A model generated the notes under the pieces. The model searched no databases. It was not told the origin of the DNA and saw only the letters and a program-made list of their open reading frames with translations. Position numbers and translations under genes: made by a program. From NCBI GenBank assembly GCA_021818905.1, contig JAKASS010000004.1:25-64024 (forward strand): a stretch of DNA of 64,000 nt. Direction: 5' to 3'. Numbering within the stretch: the stretch's first letter is position 1; each line of letters opens with the position of its first letter. The DNA is from Nanobdellota archaeon (GTDB lineage: Archaea > Nanobdellota > Nanobdellia > Parvarchaeales > Parvarchaeaceae). This document shows, piece by piece, positions 59,861-64,000 of this stretch.

Positions 59861-60628
59861 CTATTTTGTTTTACCGGCCGTATTTTCAGCGTCGACAAAA
59901 GACTTCAAAACAAAGCCCGCGGTCTCCTCAAAACCGGGTGGCTGTCCCATAAGTATGTCTAGCTCTTTATTCCATTCCGTTTTAAGATCGGCTATCCTTG
60001 AAGTCAGTACGGCGAAATCGAATCTGGCAGCGTAGTATTCGAGTTTTTTATTTATCAACGCGAAATCTATCTTCGCGTCTTTCTTTAACAGGAAATATGC
60101 GTCATATAAGTCCCGTGGCCTCCTCCTTGTGAGCAGCGCCCTAGTCTTTTCCGCCATCATCTCGTCTTTGTCCATCACAAGCACCAACTGTGCTTCCAAG
60201 TCGCGGTATTTTGGTATAAGCCTGATTAGTAGGGGTTTCAGTAGAGTTTTTTCCCTCGTGCTTATCTCTATTATGATTGTCTGAATAGATCGCTGTTTCT
60301 CGAAAAGAGGCCCCTCTATCTTGAGATTGAATGTTACCGAGCGTTCACTTTCGGTCTTCTTAAATGAACTGTTATAAAGCCGCTTCAGACCCTGCAGAGA
60401 TTCTTCCACTCTTTTTATCTCGTCCGCTGAATTCACGGTGAAGTCAAGATCTTCGGAAAAACGATCCAGCCCGTAGCATTTTTGTAGAGCAGTCCCTCCT
60501 TTAAAAATCAACCCTGCTTTTGCCAGCTTGAACACTTCTAGAAGTACGACATACTGCAAGTAATCCTTCTCCACCTGGTACCTGTTGGGCCAGGTCTTGT
60601 ATTCCAGAAGTTCACTTTTAGTCAGCGT
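59861..60628 (-). CDS. AbiEii-family nucleotidyltransferase toxin (probable ACG start at 60628; track start 60574)
   Basis: IFKGGTALQK, RFSEDLDF, MAEKTRAL and PRDLYD motifs. Confidence 0.88.
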   Translation of the reverse strand, partial: TLTKSELLEYKTWPNRYQVEKDYLQYVVLLEVFKLAKAGLIFKGGTALQKCYGLDRFSEDLDFTVNSADEIKRVEESLQGLKRLYNSSFKKTESERSVTFNLKIEGPLFEKQRSIQTIIIEISTREKTLLKPLLIRLIPKYRDLEAQLVLVMDKDEMMAEKTRALLTRRRPRDLYDAYFLLKKDAKIDFALINKKLEYYAARFDFAVLTSRIADLKTEWNKELDILMGQPPGFEETAGFVLKSFVDAENTAGKTK

Positions 60629-61292
60629 ATAACACTCTCCATCTTGTGTCTTTTACGTGCGCATTGGCCGATAAGCGTGCGTACATTCTGGAACGGAAAG
60701 GGAGAAGATCATCTGCATCAAGACCACTTCTTTCAAGCATGAATCCAAGGCGGTTTATCATCGCTTTATCGTCCATTGCTTTTGCGTATTTTTTTAGCTT
60801 TCCCGTATCTAAGTCTACTCTCATGTTACTAAAGCTTTCCGATACGTAGAAAAAGTCCGCGCCGAACACCAGACAGTCGACGATCGCCTTCTCGCGGCTG
60901 GCGATAAAAACATTTCCATCGTTTATATAACCGAAGAATCTACTGCGTTTCAACTTTATGAACCTCACGCCGTAGCCCTCCACATTCAAGCGTTTATGCT
61001 GCCTTAAGGCCATTACGTCTATAGACACGGGAATCTGTGTTATACTCTTATAATACGCTAACGCGTATACAAGGCTTATATATGAGGGATGGACCACATT
61101 CGATGCCACTTCGATCGGGTCAGTCCCATCTAGGTAGTATTTGCCGCGTTCTTGGTGTTTGACTAAATCTATTCCTGACAAGAATAGCGAAACGTAATTT
61201 GATGGTTTTCCGATTATCTTGACCGCATCGTTAAGGGTGAATACGTTAAGGTTCTTTGCATTCAGTGCACGGACAAAATCCTTCGCTTTCAT
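60618..61292 (-). CDS. AbiEi-like antitoxin/regulator
   Basis: PSYISLVYALAYY and ASREKAIVDC motifs; paralog of 572-1189. Confidence 0.82.
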   Translation of the reverse strand: MKAKDFVRALNAKNLNVFTLNDAVKIIGKPSNYVSLFLSGIDLVKHQERGKYYLDGTDPIEVASNVVHPSYISLVYALAYYKSITQIPVSIDVMALRQHKRLNVEGYGVRFIKLKRSRFFGYINDGNVFIASREKAIVDCLVFGADFFYVSESFSNMRVDLDTGKLKKYAKAMDDKAMINRLGFMLERSGLDADDLLPFRSRMYARLSANAHVKDTRWRVLYAD

Positions 61293-61404
61293 ATATTGTA
61301 TATTTTATATACTTATATTTATACTTTTATATTTATATAGAGATACGAAATTTACAAAAGGAATATCTTTTAAGTCTTAGAAGTTCAGAAACGCTTAAAT
61401 CACC

Positions 61405-61422
61405 GGCTCTGTAGAAATCCTA
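61405..61422. mobile_element. Solitary IS5 terminal repeat
   Basis: GGCTCTGTAGAAATCCTA is identical to 38643-38660; the following sequence diverges. Confidence 0.85.
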
Positions 61423-61593
61423 AGCCATAGCAGAAATTATCCTGGGCCTCGCTCTTTTTCCAATGGATTCTTCATTGAATCGCGTGCTGCTCTAAGTATT
61501 TCTGTTTGTCGATGCGATAGTGAAAGACATTGATTTAATAAGTAACTACTATAAAATGAAGGGCTTATATAATAGTTATATCCATGAATATGC

Positions 61594-63399
61594 ATGAGAC
61601 TTGAAGAGGTATTGCAAGACCCCGTTAGGATAGCTACTATAGACCGGCTTGGACCAAGTGTCCGGCTTGCGATAGAAAAAACCATCGGGAGATATGAAGG
61701 AGCAGCTGCCGGGGCTGTCGCTAATGGATTGGGATGGATTGCTGCGAATATTAAGGATAAAGATGCCGCTGTCGAATGTGCAAGGGCCATCGGGAGATAT
61801 GAAGAAGCAGCTGCTGAGACTGTTACTGATGGATTGGAAATGATCACTTGGGATACTAAGGATAAAGACACTGTGATAAATGTCGCTAAGATAATGTCGC
61901 TTGATGAGATAGTGAATACCATTGGGAGATATGAAGGAAAGGCTGCTGGGGCTGTTGCTTATAAATTGGGGGTAATCGCTGCGAATACTAAAGATAACGA
62001 CACTGTGATGAATGTCGCTAACATTATGTCGCTTGAGGAGATAGTGAATGCCATTGGGAGATATGAAGGAGAAGCTGCCGGGGCTGTTGCTTATGGATTG
62101 GGGAATATCACTTTGGATACTAAAGATAAAGATGCCACTGTCGAATGTGCAAGGACAATCGGGAGATATGAAGGAGAAACTGCCGGGGCTGTTGCTTATG
62201 GGTTGGGGAATATCGCTCGGGATACCGAGGATAAAGACACTGTCGTTTTGGCATGCGACATCGTAAACAGGGCCGGAAACAATGTACTCGATTTATTGTG
62301 TGCGCAAGACTTCGTAACCATCCATAAGAAGGGGCTGGATACGCTTATAGAAGGAAAGGAAAGTCTCGATGCTGTGACCGCTTACGTCAAGTCAGGGGAA
62401 GGACTGCCTATCCCCACGCAGGAGAATATCGCCGATTATCGGAGGATAGCGAACGGATATGTCTCCGGTGAATACGGCATAAGCAAAGGACTGGGTATGA
62501 ACCAGATACTTATGCTGTTCTCAGTGAAGAAGGAAGACCGTAAAGGATTGGCTGCCCTTGTAAACGCTTCAAGCGAGAAGGACAGGAAGACGTATTCGAT
62601 CACTATGAACGATACGGAAGACCGTTCCTTGAGGATAGATCACGGTAAGCTGCCTTATCTCTCCCTTATAGCGGTAGTAGGTTCAAGGGATCCTGAAAAG
62701 GAGACGGAAGCCAGAGGCGTCCTGGGCAAGATAGTGGGTGAAAAGGCTATCAGACGCGCAAGGAACGCCTTCGATTCCGGCTATAAGTCCATGATCGGGA
62801 AGATAGCCGGCTACGTAAAAGAGGGACGCGTGGACCAAGCCATCAAAGAGCTTAAAGACACCAAAGACGAGGCCATAAACGACGTACTCGCAGCCGCAGA
62901 TCACAGGGAGATCGGTATCACGGGAAAGAACGTCCTTGAAGCGGTGGAAAGCAATGATCCACTGGATTATGACGGCAGGGTACAGATCGCCTGCGTTTAT
63001 CTTCCCAGAGGATATGAAGAAGGGATATACGATTACTGTAAAGACAAGAGATTCAGCCTTATAAGGTATAGTATAGGCGGCAGATCGTTAGGGAGCGCCA
63101 TATGCTACATGGAAGACGACAGACTCCTGGTCGATTCCGTAGAAGGGCACCGCACCTTCAGGAAACCCCAGATATTCGATGCCGTTTACAGGGACCTTAT
63201 CGCAAGAGCCGGGGAGAAAGGCGCAAAGGAGATAATATTCAGCGCCGACGGGGTGAACGAGACCCCGAGGGAGTTCATGGCCTACCTTAAAAGCCTCGGA
63301 TGCAGAAAAGGGAAAGCCAAGATGAGACTCGATACTGAAGGATATCTGGAAGCCGATGAGGACATGGTGGAAGGGTATGTGCACGGACTCCCACAATAA
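61594..63399 (+). CDS. Hypothetical protein with N-terminal helical repeats and a possible GNAT-like C-terminus
   Basis: Five IGRYEGxAAGAVAxGLGxIAxxTKDKD units; C-terminal LLVDSVEG. Confidence 0.75.
   Translation: MRLEEVLQDPVRIATIDRLGPSVRLAIEKTIGRYEGAAAGAVANGLGWIAANIKDKDAAVECARAIGRYEEAAAETVTDGLEMITWDTKDKDTVINVAKIMSLDEIVNTIGRYEGKAAGAVAYKLGVIAANTKDNDTVMNVANIMSLEEIVNAIGRYEGEAAGAVAYGLGNITLDTKDKDATVECARTIGRYEGETAGAVAYGLGNIARDTEDKDTVVLACDIVNRAGNNVLDLLCAQDFVTIHKKGLDTLIEGKESLDAVTAYVKSGEGLPIPTQENIADYRRIANGYVSGEYGISKGLGMNQILMLFSVKKEDRKGLAALVNASSEKDRKTYSITMNDTEDRSLRIDHGKLPYLSLIAVVGSRDPEKETEARGVLGKIVGEKAIRRARNAFDSGYKSMIGKIAGYVKEGRVDQAIKELKDTKDEAINDVLAAADHREIGITGKNVLEAVESNDPLDYDGRVQIACVYLPRGYEEGIYDYCKDKRFSLIRYSIGGRSLGSAICYMEDDRLLVDSVEGHRTFRKPQIFDAVYRDLIARAGEKGAKEIIFSADGVNETPREFMAYLKSLGCRKGKAKMRLDTEGYLEADEDMVEGYVHGLPQ
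61684..62245 (+). repeat. Coding repeats of 105/132 nt
   Basis: AT(C/T)GGGAGATATGAAG at 61684, 61789, 61921, 62053 and 62158. Confidence 0.92.
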
Positions 63400-63499
63400 A
63401 CTACTTTCTTCCTAGATGTCGGCTCCGCGGTTCGCTCAGTAATAGTGCGTTTTGACTACGTGGCCTGTCGGATACGATTTAAATCTGTGATCGCGCATA

Positions 63500-63616
63500 T
63501 TATTTTACCCTCTTGACTTCCATATAGTCTCCTTCTTTTAGTCCTTGATCATTCGGGATAGTCGTGATCAATCGGTTTGTAGCCTCGTCTTTCCATATCT
63601 TTCTTATTATTCTCAT
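63500..63616 (-). CDS. Small AbrB/SpoVT-like protein (38 aa; not in the ORF track)
   Basis: MRIIRKIWKDEATNRLITTIPNDQGLKEGDYMEVKRVK*. Confidence 0.6.
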   Translation of the reverse strand: MRIIRKIWKDEATNRLITTIPNDQGLKEGDYMEVKRVK

Positions 63617-63746
63617 AGTATTATACGATAATTATTATAAATGCCATTATTTACCGCGAGGCTGTTGCATAATTCGATTGCAGAAGGCACTGTTACCAAA
63701 TACGGTTGGTGAATCTTAATTACATCGGCTGCCATCTTTATTTAAG

Positions 63747-63830
63747 GTGAAAATGGAAAACCGATGTAATTATTGTAAAAGCAGCAGTGTGGATTTAAAT
63801 GGTTTTAGAAAGACAATAGGCGTGTGCATA
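63747..63830 (+). pseudogene. Transposase-like zinc-ribbon N-terminal fragment
   Basis: MENRCNYCKSSSVDLNGFRK; IS-end-like GGCTGTTGCATAAT about 90 nt upstream. Confidence 0.4.
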
Positions 63831-63933
63831 ACTCGACCAGCAAACCTTTATTCTAAGCCTAAATCGCCTAAAGAAGCCGGTCTTAATAGTGCAGATGATG
63901 GTCAGAGATATCCTTTGTTTTATGAAACTAAGA

Positions 63934-64000
63934 GGCTCTGTAGAAATCCTATGATAATAATATAAGCAAGCTGTATGAATCGCCGGATGTCGTAGACTAC
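63934..64000 (-). mobile_element. Second copy of the IS5 element (runs off the window)
   Basis: 67 nt match 38643-38709 with one mismatch. Confidence 0.93.

Noticed and set aside
61684..62245. Regularly spaced repeats as a CRISPR array
   Set aside because: The intervening sequences are homologous to each other and the whole tract is in-frame coding

Overview
Archaeal chromosomal window, most likely from an acidophilic DPANN archaeon (Parvarchaeota/ARMAN-like; taxonomy inferred, not searched). The evidence is archaeal ribosomal proteins, RpoP, Pcc1, prefoldin, ATP-dependent ligase, an S53 acid peptidase and mostly leaderless genes. The left third is a TCA-cycle cluster (acnA, class II fumarase, an unusual sdh, sucCD, korAB, citrate synthase) with tldD/E embedded. 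The rest holds a type IV-pilus-like ATPase and platform pair, translation genes, a glycolytic cluster (pfkB-fba-glk-tpi), sufCBD, six toxin-antitoxin-type pairs and many IS5-family traces. Best findings: (1) an unannotated 31-aa, 9-Cys metallothionein-like gene at 24476-24571; (2) a cargo-carrying IS5 unit (38643-41730), made of one IS plus a solitary 16-bp terminal repeat and bounded by a perfect 9-bp target duplication, with a second mirror-image candidate from 61405, both carrying repeat-protein genes; (3) a succinate dehydrogenase with a degenerate anchor and an apparent SdhD-SdhB fusion; (4) shared ACATATGT operator arrays at two MNT-HEPN loci; (5) an AbiEii toxin that appears to start at ACG. 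No rRNA, tRNA or CRISPR array was found. All family calls are by motif recognition only.
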